Shown here in pieces: positions 37,648 to 47,215 of a DNA stretch of 64,000 nucleotides. Where the stretch lies: the NCBI GenBank assembly GCA_040218735.1, contig JAVJQW010000041.1, forward strand, positions 288,001 to 352,000, in the 5' to 3' direction. The notes beneath the pieces are model-generated. The model was not told the origin of the DNA and made no database searches. It saw nothing but the letters and a program-made list of their open reading frames with translations. The translations under genes were made by a program, and so were the position numbers. This DNA comes from Deltaproteobacteria bacterium (GTDB taxonomy: Bacteria; Myxococcota; Kuafuiibacteriia; Kuafuiibacteriales; Kuafuiibacteriaceae). The first letter of the stretch is position 1, and each line of letters opens with the position of its first letter.

Positions 37648-39759
37648 TCAGCGGAGAACGAGGGTTGTCGTGGTCGTACCGAGATCAATGGGACAGGCCA
37701 GCTCGTAGGAATCATCGTCGTCGAGTTGCATCTCGAGCACCGCAACGCACTGCTCGGGACCGTAGGAGGCGGCGCTCTGAGGCGCGCTGAGCACGTCCCA
37801 CGGGGCGAGCGCACCGCCGGTGTTGAGGCGTCCGATCGTCACGTCCTCGCGGACGCAGTAGAGGTCGTCGAGGCCGTCGCCGTTCAGGTCGGTGGTGCCG
37901 AGCGCGATGCAGGCGTCGAGATCGATCTGCGTGGTCTGACCGGCGTAGCTCCACGCGCCGAAGGCGAACGAGTTGCCGCTCTGTACATAGCTACGGGTGT
38001 AGCCGAGCCAGTCCTCGAGGACGCAAAGGAGGTCGGGCGTCGCATCCGCGTCGTAGTGGAGCCGTTCGAGCAGCCGGCAGTCGGCGAGTGAGAAGTCGTA
38101 CGTGGTCCCGCTCGCGAGCGTCCAAGCGCCGAACCCGAACGTTCCCCCGAGTTGCACGAAGGTTCGATGGAACGACGCGTACTGGTAGGGGCAGACGAGG
38201 TCGGCGCGTCCGTCGCCGTTCACGTCCGCGACCTCGATCGCCTGACAGAGGGACGGGTTGAACGTGCCGGCGTGGTACGGCCCGTAGACACCCCAGCCGG
38301 ACCAGCCGGTGGAGAACGACAACTGCACGTACGTCTGCGTGTTCGCGCCGCCGAAGTCGCGGACGCAGACGAGGTCCGGGTAGCCGTTGTCATCGACGTC
38401 CGCGACGTCGAGTGATCGGCATTGGTCGAGGGTGAGCGTCATGAACGACGTCTGGCCGCGCAGGTGCCAGGACGTGAAGCCGTTGGGGCCGCCGAGCTGG
38501 ACGAAGGTCCGCGTCGAGGTGCTGTAGTCGTACGGGCAGACGAGGTCCTCCCAGCCGTCGAGGTTCACGTCCGCGACTTCGATCGTCTGGCAGTTGTTCA
38601 CGTTGAACTGCGACTGCCACGGGCTCGCGGTGGTGAAGCTCTCGAACGCGGTCGGCCACGTGCGCTTTCGGACGAAGGTCTGCGCGGAGGCGTTGCCGTA
38701 GTCGTAGACGCAGACGAGGTCGTCGCGCGTTCCGCCGGTGGTGTTCGCGGCGAGGAAGTGGCAACGCGAGACGTCGAACCACTGGTCGCCGCTCTCGATC
38801 TGCCAGCTCGACAGGAGCGCGGGTTCTTCGGAGTCGAGCCGCGCGTCTTCGTCGAGGTCGTTCTCCCGGACGAAGCGCCACACCTCACCACCGCGGTTGA
38901 ACGAACCGCCCTGGTGCCGTTGTTCGCTGAGGATGCCGACGACCTCTCCCGTGAGGCGGTGGAAAACGGGAGCACCGGACGATCCGGGCATCCCGTCGCA
39001 GTTCATGTTGAAGCCGTGGCGGCCGTCCCACTCGGCGTCGTCGTTGCTCACGTCGCACTTGTCGAAGCGGTTCACGTTCTGCCCGAAGCCACCGGGGGAG
39101 AGGAGGCGGTAGAGGCCGCCCGTCGCGGAGCCCGAGCAGGTCCCGGTGGCGTTGTAGTCCCAGTACGGCCCGACGCCGCCCCAACGACTACAGCCGGTCG
39201 ACCACTCGTCGCATCGGCAGTTCACGCTGATCTGAAACAGCCGGTCGTCGTTGTTCGGCGCCGTTCGCGCGAGCCGCACCGGCGCGATGCCGTAGTCACC
39301 CGGGAGGTTGCCTAGGCCGTCGGGCGAGCAGCGGAACGTCACGACGTCGGCGCGATAGTCGGAGTGGATGGGCCCGAAACACCCGAACTGCCGAGGCTGC
39401 GCCGTGTCCCAGAGGAACGTGAACATCGGGTTCGGGGTCTGGAGGTTGCCGTTGTCGTCGTAGACGCAATGGTGCGCGGTCATGACCAGCGCCTCATCGA
39501 CGAGGAAGCCGGTGCAGCGGCCCGACGCCACGCCGACCAACGCGACGGCGTCGGCGGCGTCGATCGCGTTGCGAACATCGTTGGCGGGGAAGAGGTTGTA
39601 GGCCGGGTCGCTGGCGTAGGTGTGCAGCACGACCGCGTCCCAGTCCTCGTCGTGCTCGATGAGCGAGGATGCGGTCTGGTCGACGTCGGGCGGGGCCTCA
39701 CCGCAGCCGGCGAAGAGGCCGACGGCGAGGGCAAGAAGGGGCAGTCGGAAGCGAATCAT
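37648..39759 (-). CDS. Trypsin-like serine protease with FG-GAP repeats, lipoprotein
   Basis: CTGFLV...TAHHC, GSSGAPV; DVNxDGxxDLxC repeats; lipobox LFAGC. Confidence 0.85.
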   Translation of the reverse strand: MIRFRLPLLALAVGLFAGCGEAPPDVDQTASSLIEHDEDWDAVVLHTYASDPAYNLFPANDVRNAIDAADAVALVGVASGRCTGFLVDEALVMTAHHCVYDDNGNLQTPNPMFTFLWDTAQPRQFGCFGPIHSDYRADVVTFRCSPDGLGNLPGDYGIAPVRLARTAPNNDDRLFQISVNCRCDEWSTGCSRWGGVGPYWDYNATGTCSGSATGGLYRLLSPGGFGQNVNRFDKCDVSNDDAEWDGRHGFNMNCDGMPGSSGAPVFHRLTGEVVGILSEQRHQGGSFNRGGEVWRFVRENDLDEDARLDSEEPALLSSWQIESGDQWFDVSRCHFLAANTTGGTRDDLVCVYDYGNASAQTFVRKRTWPTAFESFTTASPWQSQFNVNNCQTIEVADVNLDGWEDLVCPYDYSTSTRTFVQLGGPNGFTSWHLRGQTSFMTLTLDQCRSLDVADVDDNGYPDLVCVRDFGGANTQTYVQLSFSTGWSGWGVYGPYHAGTFNPSLCQAIEVADVNGDGRADLVCPYQYASFHRTFVQLGGTFGFGAWTLASGTTYDFSLADCRLLERLHYDADATPDLLCVLEDWLGYTRSYVQSGNSFAFGAWSYAGQTTQIDLDACIALGTTDLNGDGLDDLYCVREDVTIGRLNTGGALAPWDVLSAPQSAASYGPEQCVAVLEMQLDDDDSYELACPIDLGTTTTTLVLR

Positions 39760-39838
39760 GGGGATACCTCACGGCGGACGTCCTCGCGCGGACGTCCTCG
39801 ACGTTGGCTCCCTCAGAAGGGCCCCGCGGTCTCGAGTG

Positions 39839-40741
39839 TCACAACGCGGATGACTTTTCTCGTCGCTGCTCGACGCACGCGACGAAGAAGTCGATGAACG
39901 CGCGCACCTTCGGCTCCACGTACGCGCGGTTCGCGTGCACGAGGCTCACGCGCTCGCGGCGGCCGACGGTGTCGGGCAGCACGTGGACCAGGGCGCCGCT
40001 CGCGAGGTGCACGGCGGCGCTGTGTTTCGAGACCAGCGCGACGCCCAGGCCGGCGCGCGCGGCTTCGATGTTCAGGCCCATCTCGCTGGTCCGGAGGCGG
40101 CCGGCGACGCCGATGGTCGTGCCGTCGCGGAGAGGCCACTGCAGATCGGTGGCGCGGCCCGAGTGGTACGTCGCGATGCAGTCGTGGTTCGCGAGCGCCT
40201 CCGGGTCCTCCGGGGCGCCGGCCGTTTCGAGGTACGCGGGGGAGGCGACGGCGATCGACTCGTCGAAGACGAGTGTCCTCACGATGAGGGATCCGTCTTC
40301 GATGTCGCCGCGTCGCAACGCGACGTCGAAGCGCGCCGCGATCAGATCGACGGGGGTGCTGCTCGCGACGAGCTCCATCCGCACCTCCGAATGGCGCGCG
40401 AGGAAGTCGACCATCCACTCCGCGAACGTCGGCGGGAGCGCGGTGGGGACCGAGACGCGGAGGAGGCCGCGCGGCACGCCGTCGAGGCGCTGGACCTCCG
40501 CCTCGGCGGCGCGCGCGGACTCGACGACGCGGCTCGCCTTCTCGTAGAGCAGCGCGCCCGCGCGGGTGAGTGTGAGGCGCCGCGTCGTACGGTGGAGGAG
40601 GCGTGCGCCGAGGCGCTCTTCGAGCCGCGCGAGCCGTCGGCTCAACGTCGGTCGCGGCAGCCCCAACACGTCGGCGGCGCCCGTGACGCTGCCGACGTCG
40701 ACGATCGCGACGAACTCTTCGAATCCCTCGGCGAGGCTCAC
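39839..40741 (-). CDS. LysR family transcriptional regulator (CrgA-like)
   Basis: HTH with LSRRLARLEERLGARLLHRTTR; PRGLLRVS; KVRAFIDF. Confidence 0.92.
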   Translation of the reverse strand: MSLAEGFEEFVAIVDVGSVTGAADVLGLPRPTLSRRLARLEERLGARLLHRTTRRLTLTRAGALLYEKASRVVESARAAEAEVQRLDGVPRGLLRVSVPTALPPTFAEWMVDFLARHSEVRMELVASSTPVDLIAARFDVALRRGDIEDGSLIVRTLVFDESIAVASPAYLETAGAPEDPEALANHDCIATYHSGRATDLQWPLRDGTTIGVAGRLRTSEMGLNIEAARAGLGVALVSKHSAAVHLASGALVHVLPDTVGRRERVSLVHANRAYVEPKVRAFIDFFVACVEQRREKSSAL

Positions 40742-40760
40742 TCGTAGCAAAAAGTATCAA

Positions 40761-41012
40761 ATGATGCTCGATCTGAGGGCCTTATCGCGACGAATCGACT
40801 CGGGGCGCCTGCGCGAGTGGGCGTTCGCGGGGTTCTTCTTCGACCTCACGGGCGCCGCGTACCTGCACGTGATGGCCGGTGACTTCGCGGGCGCGCCTCC
40901 CGCGATCGTGCTCACCGCGCTCCTGGTCGCGACGTACCTGATCGGAGCGAAGGCCGCCGCGCCCGCGGACGTGAACGCCGCGCCGGGCGCGCTCCAGGCG
41001 AGCGGTGCGTGA
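40761..41012 (+). pseudogene. DoxX-like membrane protein, C-terminal half only
   Basis: RLREWAFAGFFFDLTGAAYLH motif with no N-terminal helices. Confidence 0.6.
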
Positions 41013-41137
41013 AGCGATCGAAGTTGTGACCGGCGCGTCGGTCACTCTCGACGCGTGTGTTCGCGACCGTGCGTGTGATCGCCGCCGTCCACTTTCCGGT
41101 GGCCGATCCCGTTCGCGCGGGGCATGGTCGGCGCAGC

Positions 41138-41989
41138 ATGACCTCCACGCAAAAGGAAATCGAAGTCGGCTACGACATCTCGAACGCGTTCTTCTCGCTC
41201 TGGCTCGACGAGAACATGCACTACACGTCGGCGAGCTACCTGACGGGTGACGAGACCCTGGAGGAGGCTCAGATCAACAAGTGCCGCATCCTCTACGACT
41301 ACGCGGAGATGACGCCCGACAAGCGCGTCCTCGACATCGGCTGCGGCTGGGGCGCCAACCTCCAGTACCTCGCGCTCGACCGCGGCGTGAAGGACGCACA
41401 CGGCATCACGCTCTCGACGCAGCAGCACAACGAGATCGTCCGCCGCGCCATGCCGGGCGTGACGACGTGGGTCTGCGACTACGCGAAGTTCGAGCCGGAG
41501 AAGAAGTTCGACGCGCTGATCTCGATCGAGATGATCGACCACCTGTGCTCCCCCGCGCAGGCGCGCGACGGCCTCGCGGTCGAGCTGTACCGCACCTACT
41601 TCAACCGCCTCGCCCAGTGGGTCGAGCCGGGCGCGTGCTTCGGCTTCCAGGCGATCCTCCGCAACCGCGTACCGCGCCGGAAGAAGGACCTCGAGGATCT
41701 CGCGTTCACCGCGGACGTGATCTTCCCCGGCGGCCTCAACCCGCGCATCGAAGAGCTGGTCGTCGCCGTGAACCCGTACTGGGAAGTCGAAGAGATGCGC
41801 ACCCAGCGCGAGAGCTACGGTCGCACCACGGCGGAGTGGCTCGCGCGGATGCAGCGTCACGAAGCCCACATCCGCGAGACGTGGGGCGACGAGCTGTACG
41901 ACAACTACGACCGCTACCTGTCCACCTGCGTGCGCGCGTTCGAGAATCACTGGTCGAGCGACGTGCAGATGAAGCTGCGCCGCATCTGA
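41138..41989 (+). CDS. CMAS-family fatty-acid methyltransferase (single domain)
   Basis: YDISNAFF..WLD..MHYT, LEEAQ..K, LDIGCGWG, VIFPGG. Confidence 0.85.
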   Translation: MTSTQKEIEVGYDISNAFFSLWLDENMHYTSASYLTGDETLEEAQINKCRILYDYAEMTPDKRVLDIGCGWGANLQYLALDRGVKDAHGITLSTQQHNEIVRRAMPGVTTWVCDYAKFEPEKKFDALISIEMIDHLCSPAQARDGLAVELYRTYFNRLAQWVEPGACFGFQAILRNRVPRRKKDLEDLAFTADVIFPGGLNPRIEELVVAVNPYWEVEEMRTQRESYGRTTAEWLARMQRHEAHIRETWGDELYDNYDRYLSTCVRAFENHWSSDVQMKLRRI

Positions 41990-42006
41990 TCCACTGACAC
42001 ACGAGC

Positions 42007-43737
42007 TCAGGGGGTCCGGTCGTACCGGAGGATCTCGCCGCGCTCGCCGACCACGATCGCCCGGAGCGCGTCCAGCCAACGCACCCCGCCGAAGAAGCTG
42101 CTACGTCCCGTGCCGACGTCGCGCCACGTCTGTCCGCCGTCCGTCGTCAGGATCGCCGCGCCCGAATGGCCGACCGCCATGCCGATCGACGCGTCGAAGA
42201 AGTGGACCGCGTAGAGGTCGTCGTCGATCGGTGTCGTCTGGAGCGCGAACGTCTGCGCGTCGTCATCGGACCGCAGCACCACGCCGCCTTCGCCGACGAC
42301 CCACCACGACGTGCCGACGTTCGTGACGTCGTTGAGCCAGTCGACGCCCGGGGTCGCGATCGCGACGAAGTCCCCCTCGCCGGCGGCGCGTGCGAGGTAG
42401 AAGTAACCGACCGCGACCGCGGTGGAGGCGGTGCTCACGTGCACCGCGGCGACCTGCGCCGGGAACGTCCCCGCGACGTACATCGGGCGCGCGCGCCACG
42501 TCGTCGCGTCACCCGCGACCGATGACCAGTAGCCGGCCGCGAGCAGCGCATCGGCGCGCGGGCACGCGATGGTGTTGAGGTAGGCCGTCCCGAACCACTG
42601 TCCACCGAACTCGGGTGCCGATGCTCGCACCGACCACGACGCACCGAAGTCCGACGACGCGAGGATCGCGTGCGCGCCGACCGCGTACGCCGTGCCGTCC
42701 ACGCCCAAGCACACGCCAGTGAGCGGCACGCCGGCGAGCGCGGTGACCTCGCTCCACGTCGCGCCGTCGCCGCGGTACACGGAGCCCTCGGCGGAGGTCG
42801 CGAGGAGCACGCCGTCGCGGGCGTCGAGATCGATGAGCGTCACTCCGACGCTGTCGACCTCCGTCCATCCTGCGCCGAGCGGCTCGTCGGCGGGGCGTTC
42901 GCCGCGGTCGAGCCACGCCCAGAGGTTGTCGAAGTGCCAGCCGTACAGCTCGTGTCCGGCGTCGGCCTCCTCGAAGAGGATCTGCGACGGACCAAGCCCC
43001 GCGGTGCGCACGGTGTCGAGCATCGGCGGGACCGTGCCGATCAGGTAGTCGCGGTAGCCGGTGACGGCGTAGACGCGGAAGGCGTCGTCCGCGAGCGGCG
43101 GTACGCCCGGCATCGCCCAGTGTCCGCCGCCCACGAAGCCGAACCCTCGGAACAGGTCGGGGCGCTCGAAGAGCTGCGCCGTCATGTTCGTGCCGCTCGA
43201 GAATCCGGAAGCGTAGGTGCGCGCGGCGTCGATCCGATACCGCGCGCGGAGCGACGCGAGGAGCTGCACCGCGAAAGCCAGGTTGCGCTCGAGGTCGCCG
43301 ACGTTCTGGTCCCAGCGATAGACGACCGAACCCCCCTCTTGCGAGAAGCGCGACCGCGGCCGCACGACGATGAACCCTTCGCGGTCCGCAAGCGCCTGGA
43401 GCTCGGCGGTTCGGTAGGCTTGTTCGGGGCGGTCACTCGCGGTGCCGTGGAAGTCCATCAGCAGCGGCATGCCGACCGCACAGTCGTAGTCGTTCGGGAC
43501 GTGGAGCCAATAGACGCGGGGCTCGCCGTCGACGACGAGGGGTTGTTCGATGAACGTGCCGGCGACGCCGTCGCAGGGCTGGGCGCCGGCGTCGCGCTGG
43601 GGCCCGCCGTCGCGGGCTTCGCCGCCATCGCGTCGTGTTCCCGCGTCCGCCGTGCCCGAGTCGCGCGCGAGGGGCGCTTCGACGCCGCCTCCGCAGGCCG
43701 TCAGCAGGAGTAGAGCAACGAAGTAGCGCGTGGCCAA
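42007..43737 (-). CDS. Lipoprotein: PHB-depolymerase/LpqC-like esterase + YCF48-like propeller
   Basis: Lipobox LLTAC; PLLMDFHG, SGFSSG; VGEGG...SDD and TTDGGQTW repeats. Confidence 0.75.
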   Translation of the reverse strand: MATRYFVALLLLTACGGGVEAPLARDSGTADAGTRRDGGEARDGGPQRDAGAQPCDGVAGTFIEQPLVVDGEPRVYWLHVPNDYDCAVGMPLLMDFHGTASDRPEQAYRTAELQALADREGFIVVRPRSRFSQEGGSVVYRWDQNVGDLERNLAFAVQLLASLRARYRIDAARTYASGFSSGTNMTAQLFERPDLFRGFGFVGGGHWAMPGVPPLADDAFRVYAVTGYRDYLIGTVPPMLDTVRTAGLGPSQILFEEADAGHELYGWHFDNLWAWLDRGERPADEPLGAGWTEVDSVGVTLIDLDARDGVLLATSAEGSVYRGDGATWSEVTALAGVPLTGVCLGVDGTAYAVGAHAILASSDFGASWSVRASAPEFGGQWFGTAYLNTIACPRADALLAAGYWSSVAGDATTWRARPMYVAGTFPAQVAAVHVSTASTAVAVGYFYLARAAGEGDFVAIATPGVDWLNDVTNVGTSWWVVGEGGVVLRSDDDAQTFALQTTPIDDDLYAVHFFDASIGMAVGHSGAAILTTDGGQTWRDVGTGRSSFFGGVRWLDALRAIVVGERGEILRYDRTP

Positions 43738-43830
43738 CGTGTTGTTACTTTCGCCAATCCCACGGACGAAGTCGACGAAGAACCCGCGGCGTCGATCGCC
43801 TCGATCTGCGTGCGCCATCAGCCTTCGGGC

Positions 43831-44499
43831 TCAGGCGGCGCTGCGCTTCTTCGGGATGGCTGGGCCGCCCTTGTCGAGCGCACGGGCGAAGGCCTCGCGT
43901 GCGGTGACGCGGGTGATCCAGGCGTCGATGTTCGGCCAGTGAGCACCGCCTCGCGACCGGGCGGCCTCGCAGGCGTAGTACATCTGGATGTCGGCGCCGC
44001 TGAAGTCGTCGCCGGCAAAGTACGGGTGGGCGCCGAGGGTGTCGTTCACGAACCCGAAGTGGGTGTCGATCGCCTCGCGCGTGAAGCCTTCCTCGACGCC
44101 GTCGGCGATCTTCTTGATGATCGGCTTCACGAAGAACGGGGCCTTCGTCTTCTTGATGCGTTCGACGATCAGCTGAACGAGCAGCGGCGGCATCGCCGAA
44201 CCCTCCGCGTAGTGCAGGAAGAACCGGTACGCGAGGAGCGCGCTCCCGCCTTCGGGGCGGAGCTGCCCTTCGCGCTCCGCGAAGTACTCGATGATCGCGC
44301 CGGACTCCGCGAGCATCTCGCCGTCGACCTCGACCACCGGCGCGCGGCCGAGGGGGTGGACCTTCGACAGCTCTGGTGGGGCGCGGAACCGCTTCGTCCG
44401 CTGGTACGTCTTCAGCGTGTACGACAGGCCCAGCTCTTCGAGGAGCCAGAGGGCTCGGATCGAGCGCGAGTGTTCGAGGTGGTGCACGACGATCGTCAT
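43831..44499 (-). CDS. Glutathione S-transferase
   Basis: SRSIRALWLLEELG, HPLGRAPV, ESGAI, YFAGDDFSGADI. Confidence 0.92.
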   Translation of the reverse strand: MTIVVHHLEHSRSIRALWLLEELGLSYTLKTYQRTKRFRAPPELSKVHPLGRAPVVEVDGEMLAESGAIIEYFAEREGQLRPEGGSALLAYRFFLHYAEGSAMPPLLVQLIVERIKKTKAPFFVKPIIKKIADGVEEGFTREAIDTHFGFVNDTLGAHPYFAGDDFSGADIQMYYACEAARSRGGAHWPNIDAWITRVTAREAFARALDKGGPAIPKKRSAA

Positions 44500-44503
44500 G
44501 CGC

Positions 44504-47209
44504 TCAATACTCGCCGCTCGACAGCCGCTGCGCGACCTTCTTCGCGTACCCGGCCACGTCCGCCATCGTGCTCATCGAGAGCGCCTCGTTGGCGTAGACC
44601 GTGTTGCTCTGGCCCTGGAGGTGCGCTGCGCGCTCGAAGAACTTCTCGAGGCGCATCGAGTCCCCGCTGACGTGGGGGAAGAAGTCCCAGCGGCGGCTGT
44701 CCACGAGCTCCACGTTCGTCGCGCCGAGCTGCTTCATGTCGCCGTCGATCTTCTTCATCACTTCCGCGTCGGACATCCCCTCGGGCGCGAAGAGGTGGAA
44801 CACGAAGACGTCGTCGTCCGCGTGGCGCTTGATCCACGCCATCGGGTGACCCATCCGTTCGAGGTCCATGTTCTCCGCGAGGTAGCCGACCTCGGACTTG
44901 CCGTCCGCGATACCGCCGACGCGACACGCGAACGTGGAGTACGGCATGTGCTGGACCTGGCCGAAGAGATCGCGCTCTTCGTACGACGCATCGAGCATCG
45001 ACAGCGCGGCCTTCGGATCACACGCGACGACGAGCCGATCGAACTCCATCGCCGAGTCCTGCCCGGCGACCTTCACCTTCACCTTGTCGCCGCTGCGATC
45101 CACATCGACGACCTCCTGGCCGGTGCGGACGTCCATCCCTTCGGCGAGCCCGCGCCAGATGGGACGCGTGCCGTCTTCCCACATCAGTCGCGGCTTCCGC
45201 GCGCCGGCGACCGCGCGAAGGTCGAGCATCCGGTAGCCGTAGATCGCGGGTGTGGTCTTGGGATCGCCGTAGCCGTACCCGGTGAGGTACGTGTCCATGG
45301 TCCGCTGGAACTCGTTCAGGCCCTGGCGGCGGGTCACGACCGGGAAGGGATCGGCCAACGACTCGTCCGGGACTTCGATGCCCGAGAGGCCCCCCTGCAG
45401 CGTGTTGCCGATTGCGTAGCGCACCGCTTCGAGCATCAGTCGCGCCTGTTCGCCACGGCTGCGTGGCTGCGCCGGGCCGCCGGCGCCGAGGTCGTAGTTC
45501 ACTTCGTCGGGGAACTGGACCGTCTCGACGCCGACCTCGTCCGCGAACGCGACGACGTCGCGGTACTTGCCGCTGACCCCCATCGTCGCGCCGAGGTCGT
45601 GGGGCCTTCCTTCGATCGAAACCGTGTGGCTCTTGCCGCCGACCTCGTCGTCGCGTTCGAGCACGACGACGTTTGTGTGCCCGAGCTGCTTCAGCTCATG
45701 CGCGACGGTGAGGCCCGACGGTCCGCCGCCGAGCACGCAGATTCGTGCGTCCTTCGGTAGCGCGCCCTTCTCGACCTTCGGTGTGGCGAGCACCTCGTTG
45801 ACGTGCTGACGCTTTGCCTCGAGCTGATCGATCTTGGCTTTGGTGGTCGCTTCCTCGGCCTCGGTCGCGCGCCAGCCGTCGAGCTGCTTGCGCGTAGGCA
45901 GCTCGCGGATCGGTTCGATCCCGTCGGTCGCGCCGCCCTTCACGTAGACGACCTGGTCGAGCTGGAGCTCTTCGGCTCGGAAGCCGCCGGCCACCGAGCG
46001 GAGATAGAAGTCCCACATTCGCTTGAAGCGATCGGAGTAGTCGCCGGCGAGGTCGGGCCAGGCGTCGGTGAAGCCGTCGTGCCAGTCGAGCAGCGTTTGG
46101 TCGTAGTGCGGGGTGATGCGGTGGACGTCCGCGGGCCCGCCGAACGACGTCGACGCCGCCTTGTCGACCTGGTTGCGCGAGGGCGCGACACCGTCGTGGA
46201 AGATGTACTTGCTGAACCACGTGTTGCAGTTGACGACGTCCTTGTTCGACGCGATCGCCTGCAGCGCGAAGCGACCGCCGTCCTTCAGGACGGCGCTGGC
46301 GGATTCGAAGTACGGGTGCAGGTTCTTTTGGCCGACCGCTTCGATCATCTCGATCGAGACCACGTGATCGAAAGTGCCCGCTTCGAACTTCAACGGCAGG
46401 TCGCGGTAGTCACAATGCTCGAAGGTTACGCCGTCGACGTCCTCCGACAGCGCACGCGCCGCCTTGAGCTGCTCACCGGAGATTGTGATCCCGGTGACCT
46501 CGGCGCCGTAGTTCTTCGCCGCGAAGCGCGCGAACCCGCCGAAGCCGCACCCGATGTCGAGGACCTTGTCGCCGGGCTTCAGGTCGAGCTTGCGGCAGAG
46601 CAGATCGTACTTGGCGTTCTGCGCGTCCTGGAGATCGAAACCTTCGCCGTAGACGCCGCTGGTGTACGTCATCGTGGCGTCGAGCATCCGCCGGTACAGC
46701 TCGTTGCCCGCGTCGTAGTGCTCCTTCGCGACCTTCGGCGAGCGCGTCCGCGTCTGGCGGTTGAGGACCGAGTCCCTGAGATTGCGGAACGTCTGGGTGG
46801 CCCACGCGCGGGTCAACAGGCCGGGCGTCTCGAGGAGCGCCGGCACCGCGAGCAGCTCCTTCTTCGCGTCCGTTGCCATCAGGCGCGCGCACATCTCGTC
46901 GACCGCGGCGCAGTCCCACAGGCCGTCCATGTACGTCTCGCCGAGCTGGAGGTCGGGGTCCGAGAGCACGCGGGTGTAGAAGCGCTCGTCGTGGACCTGG
47001 ATGTCCCACGGGCGGCTCCCGCCGATCTCGATGTCGGCGACGGCGAGGACGCGCTCGACGTTGGCCTTGGCGCGTTCGGTCCGTGTCCCCGAGAACGGGC
47101 CGCTCGGTCCCAGCGGCGTCTGGAGCGCGGGGCTCTTCGCGGGCGCATCGCCGGTCGCGGCCGTCTTCAGGGGGCTGACGGAGCCTGTGCGAACCTTGAA
47201 ATCGGACAC
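44504..47209 (-). CDS. Fusion of Cfa-like methyltransferase and FAD-dependent PAI-like isomerase/oxidoreductase
   Basis: LGETYMDG, HYDAGN, LDIGCGFG, RMWDFYL; then GGGPSGL...VGGK...DLGA...WDFFPHV...QGQSNT. Confidence 0.85.
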   Translation of the reverse strand: MSDFKVRTGSVSPLKTAATGDAPAKSPALQTPLGPSGPFSGTRTERAKANVERVLAVADIEIGGSRPWDIQVHDERFYTRVLSDPDLQLGETYMDGLWDCAAVDEMCARLMATDAKKELLAVPALLETPGLLTRAWATQTFRNLRDSVLNRQTRTRSPKVAKEHYDAGNELYRRMLDATMTYTSGVYGEGFDLQDAQNAKYDLLCRKLDLKPGDKVLDIGCGFGGFARFAAKNYGAEVTGITISGEQLKAARALSEDVDGVTFEHCDYRDLPLKFEAGTFDHVVSIEMIEAVGQKNLHPYFESASAVLKDGGRFALQAIASNKDVVNCNTWFSKYIFHDGVAPSRNQVDKAASTSFGGPADVHRITPHYDQTLLDWHDGFTDAWPDLAGDYSDRFKRMWDFYLRSVAGGFRAEELQLDQVVYVKGGATDGIEPIRELPTRKQLDGWRATEAEEATTKAKIDQLEAKRQHVNEVLATPKVEKGALPKDARICVLGGGPSGLTVAHELKQLGHTNVVVLERDDEVGGKSHTVSIEGRPHDLGATMGVSGKYRDVVAFADEVGVETVQFPDEVNYDLGAGGPAQPRSRGEQARLMLEAVRYAIGNTLQGGLSGIEVPDESLADPFPVVTRRQGLNEFQRTMDTYLTGYGYGDPKTTPAIYGYRMLDLRAVAGARKPRLMWEDGTRPIWRGLAEGMDVRTGQEVVDVDRSGDKVKVKVAGQDSAMEFDRLVVACDPKAALSMLDASYEERDLFGQVQHMPYSTFACRVGGIADGKSEVGYLAENMDLERMGHPMAWIKRHADDDVFVFHLFAPEGMSDAEVMKKIDGDMKQLGATNVELVDSRRWDFFPHVSGDSMRLEKFFERAAHLQGQSNTVYANEALSMSTMADVAGYAKKVAQRLSSGEY

Positions 47210-47215
47210 GCGCCC

